DNA of 43,025 nt from Thalassovita sp. Its GTDB lineage: Bacteria; Pseudomonadota; Alphaproteobacteria; Rhodobacterales; Rhodobacteraceae. Below are positions 18,294-28,476 of the stretch, in pieces. The notes beneath the pieces were generated by a model that made no database searches, was not told the origin of the DNA, and saw nothing but the letters and a program-made list of their open reading frames with translations. The stretch lies in the NCBI GenBank assembly GCA_033723255.1, contig JAWVXM010000001.1, positions 1 to 43,025 of the forward strand, given 5' to 3'. Numbering within the stretch: position 1 is the stretch's first letter; the number at the start of each line of letters is the position of its first letter. The translations under genes were made by a program, and so were the position numbers.

Positions 18294-19046
18294 TTAGCCT
18301 CCGATGCCGCTGGAAAAGCTGTTGACCAGCGATCCCATGGTCAGCGCCCAGCCGTCGACCAGAACGAACAGCAGCAGCTTGAAGGGCAGCGACACCAGCA
18401 TCGGCGACAGCATCATCATGCCAAGCGCCATCAGGATCGAGGCGATGACCATGTCGATCACCAGGAACGGCAGGAACAGAAGGAAACCGATCTGGAACGC
18501 GGTTTTCAGTTCCGAGGTGATGAAGGCGGGCAGCATAACCGCAAGCGGCACGTCGGCTTCGCTTTCATAGGGGCCGTCGCCCGCGAGATCGGCGAACATC
18601 ATCAGGTCGTTCTTGCGGGTGTTTTCGACCAAGAAGCCGCTGATCAGCTCGCGGGCCCGTTCCAGCGCCACGGCCGGGGCGACCTGACCGTCCAGATAGG
18701 GGGCGATGGCAGTGTCATAGACCTGGGTCAGAACCGGCTGCATCACGAAGAAGCCCAAGAACAGCGCGATGGCGACCAGTACCTGGTTCGGCGGCGTCTG
18801 CTGGGTGCCGAGCGCCTGACGCAGGATCGAAAGGACGATGATGATGCGGGTGAATGCGCTCATTCCCAGCACGATCGAGGGCAGAACGGTCAGCGCCGTC
18901 ATCAGCGCAAGGATCTGCAGCGACAGCGAATACTGGGTTTGCGTGCCGCCGCCGGGGCCGGTGATTTCCAGCGCCGGCAAACCCTGCGACAGCGCGGGCG
19001 AGGCGCTTGCGGTGAGCAACAGCAGGATCGGAAGCATCCGGGTCAT
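18294..19046 (-). CDS. fliP: Flagellar export gate protein FliP
   Basis: True start 19046 with a signal peptide; FTRIIIVL..LRQALGTQQTPPNQVL, PAFITSELKTAFQIGF, GMMMLSP, PFKLLLFVLVDGW. Confidence 0.96.
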   Translation of the reverse strand: MTRMLPILLLLTASASPALSQGLPALEITGPGGGTQTQYSLSLQILALMTALTVLPSIVLGMSAFTRIIIVLSILRQALGTQQTPPNQVLVAIALFLGFFVMQPVLTQVYDTAIAPYLDGQVAPAVALERARELISGFLVENTRKNDLMMFADLAGDGPYESEADVPLAVMLPAFITSELKTAFQIGFLLFLPFLVIDMVIASILMALGMMMLSPMLVSLPFKLLLFVLVDGWALTMGSLVNSFSSGIGG

Positions 19047-19339
19047 GCCGCCACCTTCACGATGTCGGGTTTTTCGGCGCCCTTGGGCAGTTCGGTGATC
19101 ACCGGCGGCTGGCGCTTGGCGGTAACTACCAGGAAATCGGCCCCGTCCACGCTGAGCAGCATCGCGCGGGCGTCGGGGCCAAGGGCCGTGACTTCGGACA
19201 GTTGCATCCTCCGCCCCTTGGCCATGCGGCCGGACAATTTCGAACGATTGGACTGGACCAGTACAAGTACAGCAACAAGCACGGCCAGAAACCCGCCGAC
19301 CTTCAGTATCTGGTCGATTTGCAGGACATCGGTAACCAT
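19043..19339 (-). CDS. fliO: Flagellar biogenesis protein FliO
   Basis: Single TM followed by LGP..RAMLLSVDG.DFLV; sits directly before fliP. Confidence 0.8.
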   Translation of the reverse strand: MVTDVLQIDQILKVGGFLAVLVAVLVLVQSNRSKLSGRMAKGRRMQLSEVTALGPDARAMLLSVDGADFLVVTAKRQPPVITELPKGAEKPDIVKVAA

Positions 19340-19376
19340 AACACGCCTCTCCTAAACGGCTTACTGACCATTCAAG

Positions 19377-19392
19377 AGCAGGTTTCGTGCCA
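19377..19392 (-). promoter_or_regulatory. Sigma54 promoter of fliOPQR-flhB
   Basis: TGGCACGAAACCTGCT with correct GG-N10-GC spacing. Confidence 0.85.
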
Positions 19393-19458
19393 AATTCGCG
19401 CCCGGCGGAATATTCGCTGAACGCCCTGATTTGTAAGAGTTTTGATGCGATGCCCCGT

Positions 19459-19478
19459 CCTGACCCGGGCGGGTCAGG
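19459..19478. other. Inverted repeat between fliN and the fliO promoter (hairpin or activator site)
   Basis: CCTGACCCG-GG-CGGGTCAGG; no U tract. Confidence 0.35.
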
Positions 19479-19530
19479 CAGGTTCACGCGACGCGTCGTT
19501 CACGCCGGACGCGGCCCTTGGCCGGCAATG

Positions 19531-19860
19531 TTAGAGCTGCATCCGGTCCTTGGGGTCGACGATGTCGCCAAAGCGGATGCCGAACCGTTCGCCGACGACC
19601 ACGACTTCGCCCTTGGCAATGGTGGTGCCGTTGATCTGAATATCAAGCGGATCGCCCGCCAGCCGGTCCAGTTCGACCACCGATCCCTCGTTTAGCTTCA
19701 GCAGGTCCTGAATGGTGATCTCGGTGCGGCCGACCTCGACGGTCAGGCGGACCTTGACCGTTTCCAACACGCCCAGTCCGCTCAGCAGTTTGCTGGCTTC
19801 GTCAGGCTGCGGGGTGGTGGCCGGAACGGACGGTTCTTGCAGGCTGGTGTCTTCGGTCAT
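19531..19860 (-). CDS. fliN: Flagellar motor switch protein FliN
   Basis: VEVGRT.ITI.DLLKL.EGSVVELDRLAGDPLDI.ING..IAKGEVVVV.ERFGIR. Confidence 0.96.
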   Translation of the reverse strand: MTEDTSLQEPSVPATTPQPDEASKLLSGLGVLETVKVRLTVEVGRTEITIQDLLKLNEGSVVELDRLAGDPLDIQINGTTIAKGEVVVVGERFGIRFGDIVDPKDRMQL

Positions 19861-19891
19861 GACTTTGGTCCTTTCGAATTCTAGGGCCGGA

Positions 19892-20878
19892 TTAGTCTGG
19901 AATGCGGCGGGTCAGGTTGAGAGCGGATTTGCCCGAGGCCTCGCCAAGGTCGGCCTCGAACAGGGGACGGCCCTCGACCAGAAGGCGTGGGGCGGGGGTC
20001 ATATCTACGGGCACAACTTCGCCCGGCGCGACATTGCCGACGCGCCCCAGAGATACCGAGGGTTCGGCCAGGATGGCGGTCAGGCTCAACGGAACCTGCA
20101 GCACCGCGCGTTCCATCTTTTCGCGCCAGCTGAGATCTTCTTCCAACAGGTCGGAATGCATCCGCGAACGCAGCTGACCGGCAATCGGCTTCAGCGTCTG
20201 CAGCGGATAGATGATGTCGAAATTCGCCGGGTCCGTATCGGGCAGTTGCACCATGAAGGAACAGTTCACCACGAGATCTTCGGAATCGGCGAAACTGGCG
20301 AAGCTCAGGTTTTCCTCGCGGTTTTGCAGTTCGAAGGTGATCGGCATCAGATCGCGCCAGGACAGCGCCATCGCGTCGTTCAGTCCCTCCGAAACCAGTT
20401 CGATCACCCGTTGCTCGGTCGGGGTGAATTCCGTCCTCGAATTTGGCGTGTTGCGGATCGCACCGCCGTAATAGGCATCGGTCAGCATCGACACGAAATC
20501 GCGCGGGATCACCAGCATCTGGCTGCCACGCAGCACCTCGATGCGGCTGGTGGTCAGGCTGACGAAATTTTCCACCTCGTCGCAGTAATCGGCGAAGGTC
20601 TTTACCTCGGGCGGGAAGGAAGAAATCCGCGGCTGCAGGCGCAGCATCGGCAGGAAAACCGACCGGGCGACGCGGCAGAACCGTTCGTTGATCATCCGCA
20701 GGCCGTAATAGTCGCCCATGAGCGACAGGTTGTTATCGCCAAACTTGTACGGTTTGTAGGATATCTCTCCGTCCTGGAACTCGCCTTCGCCGGAGTCGAG
20801 ATCCATCAGGCCGCCGACGAGCGCGGCGAGTTCGTTACTGGAAAGCTTATGCGTGCCGGACATCTGATTTTGCGACAT
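19892..20878 (-). CDS. fliM: Flagellar motor switch protein FliM
   Basis: LSSNELAAL (CheY-binding motif variant), INERFCR, YGG, EFTPTEQR, C-terminal SpoA domain. Start is 20878 (GAGGA RBS) or 20890. Confidence 0.93.
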   Translation of the reverse strand: MSQNQMSGTHKLSSNELAALVGGLMDLDSGEGEFQDGEISYKPYKFGDNNLSLMGDYYGLRMINERFCRVARSVFLPMLRLQPRISSFPPEVKTFADYCDEVENFVSLTTSRIEVLRGSQMLVIPRDFVSMLTDAYYGGAIRNTPNSRTEFTPTEQRVIELVSEGLNDAMALSWRDLMPITFELQNREENLSFASFADSEDLVVNCSFMVQLPDTDPANFDIIYPLQTLKPIAGQLRSRMHSDLLEEDLSWREKMERAVLQVPLSLTAILAEPSVSLGRVGNVAPGEVVPVDMTPAPRLLVEGRPLFEADLGEASGKSALNLTRRIPD

Positions 20879-20886
20879 CTGGTTCC

Positions 20887-21450
20887 TCATTGCATCACGA
20901 ATACGGGAAAGAACACGCTTTCTATGCCACCGAACCCTTCCAGCTGTTCGAGCCGGTTGTTGATGGCGTCGCGCAATGCGGCCGACAGGGCGTCGCGCCC
21001 GACAGTGCCTTCGACATCTGCCTCTGTGAAGGTGCTCAACACCGCAAGCATGTCCGAACGCAATGCCATTTCATGCGTTTGCACGTTGCTCAGGACCGCT
21101 TCGTCGTACTGGGTCGACAGGCCGATGCCCAGCTGCAGGAAACGGGTGGAACCTTTCAGGTTGGTGGTCAGCGGGTCGGGGAATTCGTAATACTGCGTCA
21201 CGAAAAGCGGCGCATCGGGCAATTCACGCGGGATCTTCTGAGGCTCTGCCGCCCCCGCGACCGTGCCGTCCGGGCCGGTTTCTTCGATCAGGCGCAGAAC
21301 CTCGTCCGCCGGGCTCATCGTCGATTCAGCGACAAACTGGCCAGCGAAAAAGCCGCCAGCCGCCAGTCCGCAGCCCAGGATGAGCAGGAACAGGGTTTTC
21401 AGGATTCCGCCTTTCTTCTTCACCGAACCATCAATCGTTGCGTCAGCCAT
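20887..21450 (-). CDS. fliL: Flagellar basal body protein FliL
   Basis: KKKGG plus TM, PLTTNL...RFLQ, C-terminal IESVFFPVFVMQ. Confidence 0.9.
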   Translation of the reverse strand: MADATIDGSVKKKGGILKTLFLLILGCGLAAGGFFAGQFVAESTMSPADEVLRLIEETGPDGTVAGAAEPQKIPRELPDAPLFVTQYYEFPDPLTTNLKGSTRFLQLGIGLSTQYDEAVLSNVQTHEMALRSDMLAVLSTFTEADVEGTVGRDALSAALRDAINNRLEQLEGFGGIESVFFPVFVMQ

Positions 21451-21461
21451 AACCGTTTACC

Positions 21462-23159
21462 TCAGGCGATGATATCAATGCCCTTTTCGGGGCTCGTTTG
21501 CACGGGATGTGCGGAAATGTCGTCGTCAGGCTGGACCTGACGCGGGGCAGTTCCCCCCTGCGAATTTTGTGCCATCTGGTCACCCTGACCGGTCTGGCCC
21601 TGGAAATTCTGCCCGCTGTTGGCCTGATGCTGGGCGAGGTCCAGACCTGCCTTCTGCATCATGTCGGCGAGCCGGTGCTGGTTGTCGTTCAGCATCCGTG
21701 CGGCCGCGTCTGTTTCGGTCACGATGTTGACCGCCACGTTGTTGTCGCGCAGGTCCATCTTGATGGTCATCTTGCCAAGGCGTTCGGGCTGCAGGGCGAT
21801 TTCAATTTCGTTCTGGCCCAGTTCCTGCGCCGCGCGGATCATCGTGGACAGGTTCGCGGGCCAGTCCGGGTCGACCATGTGCAGATTGCGCGCCGGGGCG
21901 GCGGCGGAGTTGGTGCTGGTCGTCGTGGCCACGGTTTCACGCATTTCGCCCGCCTGAACGGTCACGACCCCGGGCTGCGGTGCGCTGCTCGAAACCTGTG
22001 CCTCGGCGCTATGCAGGATCGCGGTGGATGCCTGCGGCGACGTTTCAAACTTGACCTGCATTTCCTCCATGATGGTATCGATCGTCAGGAAATCGTCCGG
22101 CGTCTCACCGTTGCTGTCCTGAGCGGTTGCAATCGTCACGTCGGGCTGGGGGGCAGAAACAGCTTGAGTGTCAGTGCGATGAGGCTGCGCCTGCTGGGCG
22201 GCCTGGGCGATGTTCTGACCGCGCTGACCGTCCGCCAAGGCGGCCTGAACCGCGGCTTTCACCGCTGAAGCTTTCGTTTCGGTGCCCGGCATGAGGTCCA
22301 CGGGCTGTATTTCGCCTTCCGCCGCGTCCTGCACCAGCTTGGTTGCCGCGGCTGTGGCCGCTGCAGCCTGATCCGGAACCCCATTCAGCGTAGTCTGCCT
22401 GGTTTCGTTCAACACCGGTATCGGCGGCATCTTCTCGGCTCCCGCTGCAGGCTTCACCTGCTGCCCGGCGGAGAGCTGTTGTGCGATCTCGGTTATTTCG
22501 CCCGGTGCAATGTCACCCGCAGTCAGTTCGGAAAGCCCTGTGGTCGCGGCGACCGGATTGGACTGCGCTGGCATTTCTGCCTGTTTCAATTCCCGCACCG
22601 TGGTGAGGGCGGGCGTTTCGACCGCTATCGGCGCGTCAGTTGATGTTTCGGGTCCGGCTTCGGCCTGCGGGCTAGGGATCGGCGTAGTGACGTTCTGGAC
22701 GGTGATCTCCTCGGGCATTTCGGCCGTGACCGCAGAAGGCTCAGCCTGATCGGCCGTTTCGAGCTTGGGCAACTGGCCGATGGTGGTGGTTTTCAACACC
22801 TGTTCATCTGCCTTGGTCTCGCCGGTCAGGATTTCCAGGGGCAGCAAGGTTTCTCCATCGACATCGCCCTCGCCGGTCAGCAACAGGTCAAGCTGCGCCG
22901 GTTCGCCATTTTCATTATCCGGGTTGAACGTGATCGCGGCCTCGGCAAGCCCGGTTTTGCCTGCGGGCTTGCCGTCAACGGCGATTTCGGTGTCGGCCTT
23001 GGCAACGCCACCGGGCATGCCGTTGATGTTCTGCGATCCTTGCAGAAGTTTTGCAAAGCTATTTTCGCCCTTGGTTTCGGGCGTCTTAAGTTCTGAAAGG
23101 TTGCCCGGGAAAATCGTGGGGGTTCCGGGTGTGCTGGCTGGCGTAACAGGGTGCGGCAT
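21462..23159 (-). CDS. fliK: Hook-length control protein FliK
   Basis: Long A/T/E/P-rich region and C-terminal IALQPERLGKMTI domain. Start moved to ATG 23159, downstream of the sigma54 promoter. Confidence 0.85.
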   Translation of the reverse strand: MPHPVTPASTPGTPTIFPGNLSELKTPETKGENSFAKLLQGSQNINGMPGGVAKADTEIAVDGKPAGKTGLAEAAITFNPDNENGEPAQLDLLLTGEGDVDGETLLPLEILTGETKADEQVLKTTTIGQLPKLETADQAEPSAVTAEMPEEITVQNVTTPIPSPQAEAGPETSTDAPIAVETPALTTVRELKQAEMPAQSNPVAATTGLSELTAGDIAPGEITEIAQQLSAGQQVKPAAGAEKMPPIPVLNETRQTTLNGVPDQAAAATAAATKLVQDAAEGEIQPVDLMPGTETKASAVKAAVQAALADGQRGQNIAQAAQQAQPHRTDTQAVSAPQPDVTIATAQDSNGETPDDFLTIDTIMEEMQVKFETSPQASTAILHSAEAQVSSSAPQPGVVTVQAGEMRETVATTTSTNSAAAPARNLHMVDPDWPANLSTMIRAAQELGQNEIEIALQPERLGKMTIKMDLRDNNVAVNIVTETDAAARMLNDNQHRLADMMQKAGLDLAQHQANSGQNFQGQTGQGDQMAQNSQGGTAPRQVQPDDDISAHPVQTSPEKGIDIIA

Positions 23160-23200
23160 CTTTTGTCCACGGGCCTTTTTGTTCAACTCTGATGTGACGT

Positions 23201-23216
23201 TGCAGGTTTCGTGCCA
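23201..23216 (-). promoter_or_regulatory. Sigma54 promoter of fliKLMN
   Basis: TGGCACGAAACCTGCA; 15 bp identical to the fliO promoter. Confidence 0.85.
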
Positions 23217-23227
23217 GTTCGGAGGTA

Positions 23228-23599
23228 TTATTCGTTTTCGGCCTGCTGATCGGCGATCCTGGCCTTGTCGCTGAGAATCTCGAGCTTATGCCCAGATTGC
23301 GCCAAGGCGGTGCGCGCCCGCTTCAAGCGGTGTTCATTCTGTTTCATCTGCGCCGTCAGAGTCCGGCGATGGCTTTCCAACTGCAGCCCGACCCGCAGCG
23401 TATTGGCGAGCTGTGCGGTGGTCTGGGACCCGGGGGTGGCAAGGCGGTGTTCGTCGAGCAGCCGTTCGAGCGATCCCGCCTGTGTTGCCATGCGATCGGA
23501 TTCATCCTGAACCTGTCGCAGCTTGCGCGCCAGGTCGGCCTGCTTGATCGTTTCGGCCTTCGCCATCATCCGCAACATGTCGCCCTTATGCTTGGTCAT
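23228..23599 (-). CDS. fliJ: Flagellar export protein FliJ (divergent)
   Basis: 123-aa coiled coil between fliI and fliK; assigned mostly by synteny. Confidence 0.65.
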   Translation of the reverse strand: MTKHKGDMLRMMAKAETIKQADLARKLRQVQDESDRMATQAGSLERLLDEHRLATPGSQTTAQLANTLRVGLQLESHRRTLTAQMKQNEHRLKRARTALAQSGHKLEILSDKARIADQQAENE

Positions 23600-24941
23600 T
23601 CTGGCCTCCTACCAGCTCCAACAGTTGCTGCCTGCTTTCCTCGAAGGTCACCTTCTCGCTTTTCAGCTGGCAAATGAACGCTTCGATCTTTGGCCAGAGC
23701 GCGATGGCCTGGTCCAGGTCGCGGTCCTGCCCGGGGCTGTAGCCGCCCATCAGCATCAGGTCGCGATTGTCCATGTAGAGCGAAACGAACCGCCGTAGCC
23801 GCTGGCTGGCCCGCACATGTTCGGGGGTGACGATGTCATTCATCACCCGGCTGATCGAGGCGGGCAGGTCGATGGCGGGATAGATGCCGCGCTGCGCCTG
23901 ACCGCGCGACAGCACCATGTGGCCGTCCAGAATGGCGCGGGCGCTGTCGACGACGGGATCATTGGTGGTGTCGTCGCCATCGGCCAGAACGGTGTAGAGC
24001 GCCGTGATCGTCCCCTGTCCCGGCAGGCCGGGACCGCAGCGTTCGATCAGCGCCGGGATCAGCGAGATGACGGAAGGGGTGTAGCCCTTGGCGGTGGGCT
24101 GTTCGCCAAGCGCCAGCCCCGCTTCGCGCTTGGCATGGGCGACACGGGTCAGGGAATCCATGATCATCAGGACATCCTTGCCCTGATCCCGGAAATATTC
24201 GGCAATCGCGGTCGTCCGGTTAGCGGCGCGCAACCGCAGAAGCGGCGACCGGTCGGCGGGGACCGCGACGACGCAGATCCGCTTTGCCGCTTCGCCGGTC
24301 ATCACCCGGCTGACGAAATCGCCGACCTCGCGGGCACGTTCGCCGATCAGGCCCACCACGATCACGTCAGCGGTGGTGTTGTGGGTCATCATCTCGATCA
24401 GAACAGACTTGCCGACGCCCGATCCGGCCATGATGCCGACGCGCTGACCGCGCCCGATGGTCATGGCGGAATTCAGGATCCGCACGCCAACGTCCAGCAC
24501 TTCGCGCACCGGGGTGCGGGCCAGCGGGTTCAGCGGCTTGCCGGCCAGCGGCCAGCGGTCCGAGGGACGCGGGGCAGGGCGGCCGTCCAGCGGCGCGCCG
24601 CTGGCATCGATCACCCGTCCAAGGAGTTCGGGGCCGACATCGCACATGCGGCCTGCGCGGCGCAGCACGATCGGATCACCTAGCGTGATCTGGGCCCCGG
24701 CGGTATCGAGGAACAGAAGGTTCTTGCCGTTGGAAAAGCCGATCACCTCGGCTTCGATCGGGGGAGTGCCGGGGGCGGCGTGGCGCGGGAAAATCTGGCA
24801 CAGATCGCCGGGGCTGGCCGGAAAACCGGAACTTTCGACCACCAGCCCGTCATAGCGCAGCACCTGTCCGCTGACCTGTGGCGCGCAGCGATCGGTAAGC
24901 GTGGCAAGGTCGTGTTCCAGCCGTTCCAGCAGTCCGGTCAT
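23586..24941 (-). CDS. fliI: Flagellar export ATPase FliI
   Basis: GRGQRVGIMAGSGVGKS Walker A, LIGERAREV, MDSLTR, KGYTPS, ILDGH, YPAID. Confidence 0.96.
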   Translation of the reverse strand: MTGLLERLEHDLATLTDRCAPQVSGQVLRYDGLVVESSGFPASPGDLCQIFPRHAAPGTPPIEAEVIGFSNGKNLLFLDTAGAQITLGDPIVLRRAGRMCDVGPELLGRVIDASGAPLDGRPAPRPSDRWPLAGKPLNPLARTPVREVLDVGVRILNSAMTIGRGQRVGIMAGSGVGKSVLIEMMTHNTTADVIVVGLIGERAREVGDFVSRVMTGEAAKRICVVAVPADRSPLLRLRAANRTTAIAEYFRDQGKDVLMIMDSLTRVAHAKREAGLALGEQPTAKGYTPSVISLIPALIERCGPGLPGQGTITALYTVLADGDDTTNDPVVDSARAILDGHMVLSRGQAQRGIYPAIDLPASISRVMNDIVTPEHVRASQRLRRFVSLYMDNRDLMLMGGYSPGQDRDLDQAIALWPKIEAFICQLKSEKVTFEESRQQLLELVGGQNDQA

Positions 24942-25690
24942 TCGGGATCATCCTCGGCAGGGTCGGTTTCAGCAAGAACCGTATGCACGCGATTGGGGCC
25001 GGATTTGATGTCCACCGCGCCGCGGGCCAGACGGGCATCCGGCTGCAGCGTGCAATCCGTCAGCACGTCGTTGTTGTCCAGACAGGGGGTGATCGCTTCG
25101 AGGTCTTCGGGATTAAGAGAAACAACAGTGCTTTCCACCGCATGTCCGATCCGTTCCACCAGATCGCCGATCTTGGCGGCATAGGTTTCGGGCAGCGCAT
25201 CTATCCGGCTGCCGGCCAAGTCGCTGGCCAGCGCGATGAGCGTGCGTTCCATCGCCTGCCTGAGCGTGGTGTGATGTGCCTCGGTATGATCGACCAGCGC
25301 GCGCGACAGTTCCATGAAGACCGCGCGCGCTTCTTCCATCTGTCCCACGCTCGCGTCGAGCACCGGATCGGAAAGGGCTTCGGGGGCAGGCTCGGGCGCC
25401 GCTGCGGCTTCGGCCTTTGCCTGCTGGTAGCCTTGGGCGAACCCTTCGGTGAAGCCGGTCTTGTGCGCCTTGGCGCGGACTTCTTCCAGATCAGGGGCGG
25501 GGACATCAGACGGCGCATCCTGCTGCGGCTGAAGCGAAGAGCCGTCCATCGGGCCGGGCTGTATGTGGGCGAAGGCGCGCGGCTGGAAACCCGTGTCGCG
25601 GCTGCTGCGCACCAGCGACGAAAGCGCGTCGAGATTGAGTTTGCGGACCGGAATGTCGGAATGATAGCCCATCGTGTCCCCCGTCATCAA
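24938..25690 (-). CDS. fliH: Flagellar assembly protein FliH
   Basis: AxxxGxxxGxxxG repeat (AHKTGFTEGFAQGYQQA), LNPEDL, D.RL.RG; lies between fliG and fliI. Confidence 0.85.
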   Translation of the reverse strand: MMTGDTMGYHSDIPVRKLNLDALSSLVRSSRDTGFQPRAFAHIQPGPMDGSSLQPQQDAPSDVPAPDLEEVRAKAHKTGFTEGFAQGYQQAKAEAAAAPEPAPEALSDPVLDASVGQMEEARAVFMELSRALVDHTEAHHTTLRQAMERTLIALASDLAGSRIDALPETYAAKIGDLVERIGHAVESTVVSLNPEDLEAITPCLDNNDVLTDCTLQPDARLARGAVDIKSGPNRVHTVLAETDPAEDDPE

Positions 25691-26703
25691 ACCATGACTT
25701 CGCCGCCGCGACCGGCCAGCATGATGGTGCCTTCGTCCGAAAGCTGCCGGGCAACCGCGATGACTTCTTTTTGTGCGGCCTGAACCTCGGTCAGGCGTAC
25801 CGGCCCAAGCGCTTCCATCTCGTCGCGGATGTTGGCGGCGGCGCGGGACGACATGCAGTTCAGCAGTTTTTCCTGCAGCGTCTCGTCGGCGCCGCGCAGC
25901 GCAACGACAAGAACGCGGTCGTCGATCTGGCGCAGCAGGGTCTGTATCGCACGGTCTTCCGACTTGATCAGGTTGTCGAAGACGAACATGTTGTCCTGCA
26001 GCGAAACAGCCAGTTCCTTGTTATTCTTGCCGATCGCCTTGAGGATGCGCTGTTCCATGTCTTGCTTGGTGAAGTTCATGATCCGCGCGGCGGCCTTCAC
26101 GCCGCCCATCTGCGATGCGCGCAGGCTGGCATTGGCCTGGAATTTCTTCTGGATCACCTCTTCGAGATTGCGCAGCGCGTCGGGTTGCACGGTGCCGAGT
26201 TCGGAAATCCGGTTGACGATATCCGGCTGCAGCTCTTCGGGCAGAAGCTTCAGAACGTCGGCGGCAACCACGTAATCCAGCGCAGCCACGATCAGCGCGA
26301 TGATCTGCGGATGTTCGTCTATAATCAGCTCGGCCACGGCCGGGGCATCCATCCATTCCAGGATCTGGATCGGGTGGTCGTTGCTGCTGGGCGGGATGCG
26401 GCTGAGAACCGATTGCGCCTTGTCCTGTCCAAGCGCCTTGGTCAGGACTTCCTTGATGTACTCGTTGGCGCCGACGCCAAGCCCTGTCGTTTCTCGCAGG
26501 TCGTGCAGGAATTCGTTCAAAACAGCGTTGACGGTGGAATGGTCCACGTTGCGTACCCCGTACATCGCGGTGCCCAGTTGCTGCACCTCGTTGGGGCTGA
26601 GCAGTTTCAGGATGCTCGAGGCGGATTCTTCGCCAAATAGCATCATCAGGACTGCGGCTTTCTTGGTGCCGCCGAGTTCGGAAATGTCTGGGGAACGGGG
26701 CAT
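25687..26703 (-). CDS. fliG: Flagellar motor switch protein FliG
   Basis: KKAAVLMM, EHPQIIA, GGVKAAA, MFVFDNL, MSSRAA, GPVRLTEV..AQ. Confidence 0.97.
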   Translation of the reverse strand: MPRSPDISELGGTKKAAVLMMLFGEESASSILKLLSPNEVQQLGTAMYGVRNVDHSTVNAVLNEFLHDLRETTGLGVGANEYIKEVLTKALGQDKAQSVLSRIPPSSNDHPIQILEWMDAPAVAELIIDEHPQIIALIVAALDYVVAADVLKLLPEELQPDIVNRISELGTVQPDALRNLEEVIQKKFQANASLRASQMGGVKAAARIMNFTKQDMEQRILKAIGKNNKELAVSLQDNMFVFDNLIKSEDRAIQTLLRQIDDRVLVVALRGADETLQEKLLNCMSSRAAANIRDEMEALGPVRLTEVQAAQKEVIAVARQLSDEGTIMLAGRGGEVMV

Positions 26704-26707
26704 GGGA

Positions 26708-28438
26708 TCACTTCAACTGGCTGTTGTCTTCTTCGATCATCGCCTTGAACGCGGTGGCGATGCGGTCGCTATCGGTGCGGGTCAATTCGCGGATCAGCGA
26801 CAGTTTTTCGTCATAGGATACATGGGCCCACGGGTTGCCGCCCTGTTCCAGCCCGTCCAGACGGGCCCTGACCTCGGACAGGGTTTCCCCCGGTCCGACT
26901 TCGATCGCGTCGCTGGGAAGGCCGGCGCTTTGCGAAGGGATCGGAGCGCCCATCAGGGTGGAATTGCTGACGGCAGAGGCGGGCGAGAACAGCAGCCGGT
27001 CGACGATCGGCCGCACCAATCCCAGCACGATGATCGCCAGCACGATGATCTGGGCCAGGTAACGCCCGGTGGTGCCGACCCAGGCTTCCTTGTACCAAGG
27101 CGTGCTGACGGTTTCGAACGGATCGACGAAGGGCTGCGAAGACAGGGTCACGCTGTCGCCGCGTTCCTCCTGGAACCCGATCGCGCTGCGCACCAGGGCG
27201 TCTGCGTCCTGCAGCACCGAGGCGGGCAGTTCGCCGGGCACCAGGGTGCCTTCTTCGTCCATCGTGCCGGCAGGGCTGCGCAGCAGAACGGCGGCATGGA
27301 TCCGGGTGATCTGGGCCGTCGAGGGGGTGGTGGTTTCAACCCGGCGGCTGACTTCGTAATTGCGGGTCGAATTGCTGGTCATGTTCTGTTCGGAGCCCTG
27401 CTTTTCTATCGTCGTAGCGGGCCCCTGATCCTGCAGTTCGGTTTCCTGCGGTGGCGTGTTCGACACCGCGCCGGGAATGCCTTTCGCGGCCATCGCGGTG
27501 GTCTGCTGCACCATTTCCTGTTCCGAGCGGACGACGGACCCATTGGGCTGATACTGTTCGTTGGTGATCTCGGAACGGGTGAAGTCCATCTCGACTGTGA
27601 CTTCGGCGGCCACATTACCGGGGCCGACGATCGGGCTCAGAAGGGCTTCGATGCGCTGGCGGTAAAGCTGTTCTATCCGCTTGCGATGGGCCAGCTGCTG
27701 ATCGGTCAGTTCGCTCAGCGGGTCGGTGCTTTCGCGCGACAGCAGGCGACCGTTCTGATCGACCACGGACACGTTGCTGCGCGCCATGCCCGGAACCGAG
27801 GTCGACACGAGGCTGATGACAGCGGAAACTTGGCCTTCATCCATCGCGCGGCCCGGCGCGACCTGCACGAAGACCGAGGCGCGCGGCGGCTTGGTGTCGC
27901 GGATGAATGCGGTCTGCTCGGGCAGGGCCAAGTGAACGCGCGCGGCGGTCACGTTCTGGAATTCGGCGATCGAGCGGGCCAGGTCGAGTTCCTGCATCCG
28001 GCGCAGCCGGGCGGATTCGACCGATCGGCTGGCGCCCATCGGCATATCGGTCAGGGTCGTCATGCCGTCGGGGGTGCCCGCCGGCAGACCTTCGGTGGCC
28101 AGAACCATGCGGGCGCGATGATAGTCGACCTCGGTCACGCTCAGCGCCCCGGAGGACCTGTCGAGAGAAGCGTCGATACCGTTGGACATCAGAACCTCGA
28201 CCGCGCGGGCCTTGTCGGCTTCGGGCAGGTCGGAATAAAGCGTCAGCCGTTTCGGCTGGCTCAGCAGCGCGTAGAGAAGCAGGCCCACGACCGCCACGGT
28301 CACCAGCATGATCGCGGGCAGCGCGCGGCGCACCGCCGGTTGGCTGGTCAGCATCTGCAGCTGTGACAGATAGGCCTTGCCGCGGCTTGTCACGGCATTT
28401 CCACCGGTCGGGGCGAGGGGGTTGGTCGTGCTATCCAT
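26708..28438 (-). CDS. fliF: MS-ring protein FliF
   Basis: Two TMs, ARM.LA.EGLP, ELARSI-like ELDLARSI, ARVHLALP, VSVVDQNG, GIPGAVSNTPP, RNYEV, AIGF..ERGD. Confidence 0.96.
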   Translation of the reverse strand: MDSTTNPLAPTGGNAVTSRGKAYLSQLQMLTSQPAVRRALPAIMLVTVAVVGLLLYALLSQPKRLTLYSDLPEADKARAVEVLMSNGIDASLDRSSGALSVTEVDYHRARMVLATEGLPAGTPDGMTTLTDMPMGASRSVESARLRRMQELDLARSIAEFQNVTAARVHLALPEQTAFIRDTKPPRASVFVQVAPGRAMDEGQVSAVISLVSTSVPGMARSNVSVVDQNGRLLSRESTDPLSELTDQQLAHRKRIEQLYRQRIEALLSPIVGPGNVAAEVTVEMDFTRSEITNEQYQPNGSVVRSEQEMVQQTTAMAAKGIPGAVSNTPPQETELQDQGPATTIEKQGSEQNMTSNSTRNYEVSRRVETTTPSTAQITRIHAAVLLRSPAGTMDEEGTLVPGELPASVLQDADALVRSAIGFQEERGDSVTLSSQPFVDPFETVSTPWYKEAWVGTTGRYLAQIIVLAIIVLGLVRPIVDRLLFSPASAVSNSTLMGAPIPSQSAGLPSDAIEVGPGETLSEVRARLDGLEQGGNPWAHVSYDEKLSLIRELTRTDSDRIATAFKAMIEEDNSQLK

Positions 28439-28476
28439 GCAAACTCTCTACGTACGCGCCTGTGCAAAGGGGCGGG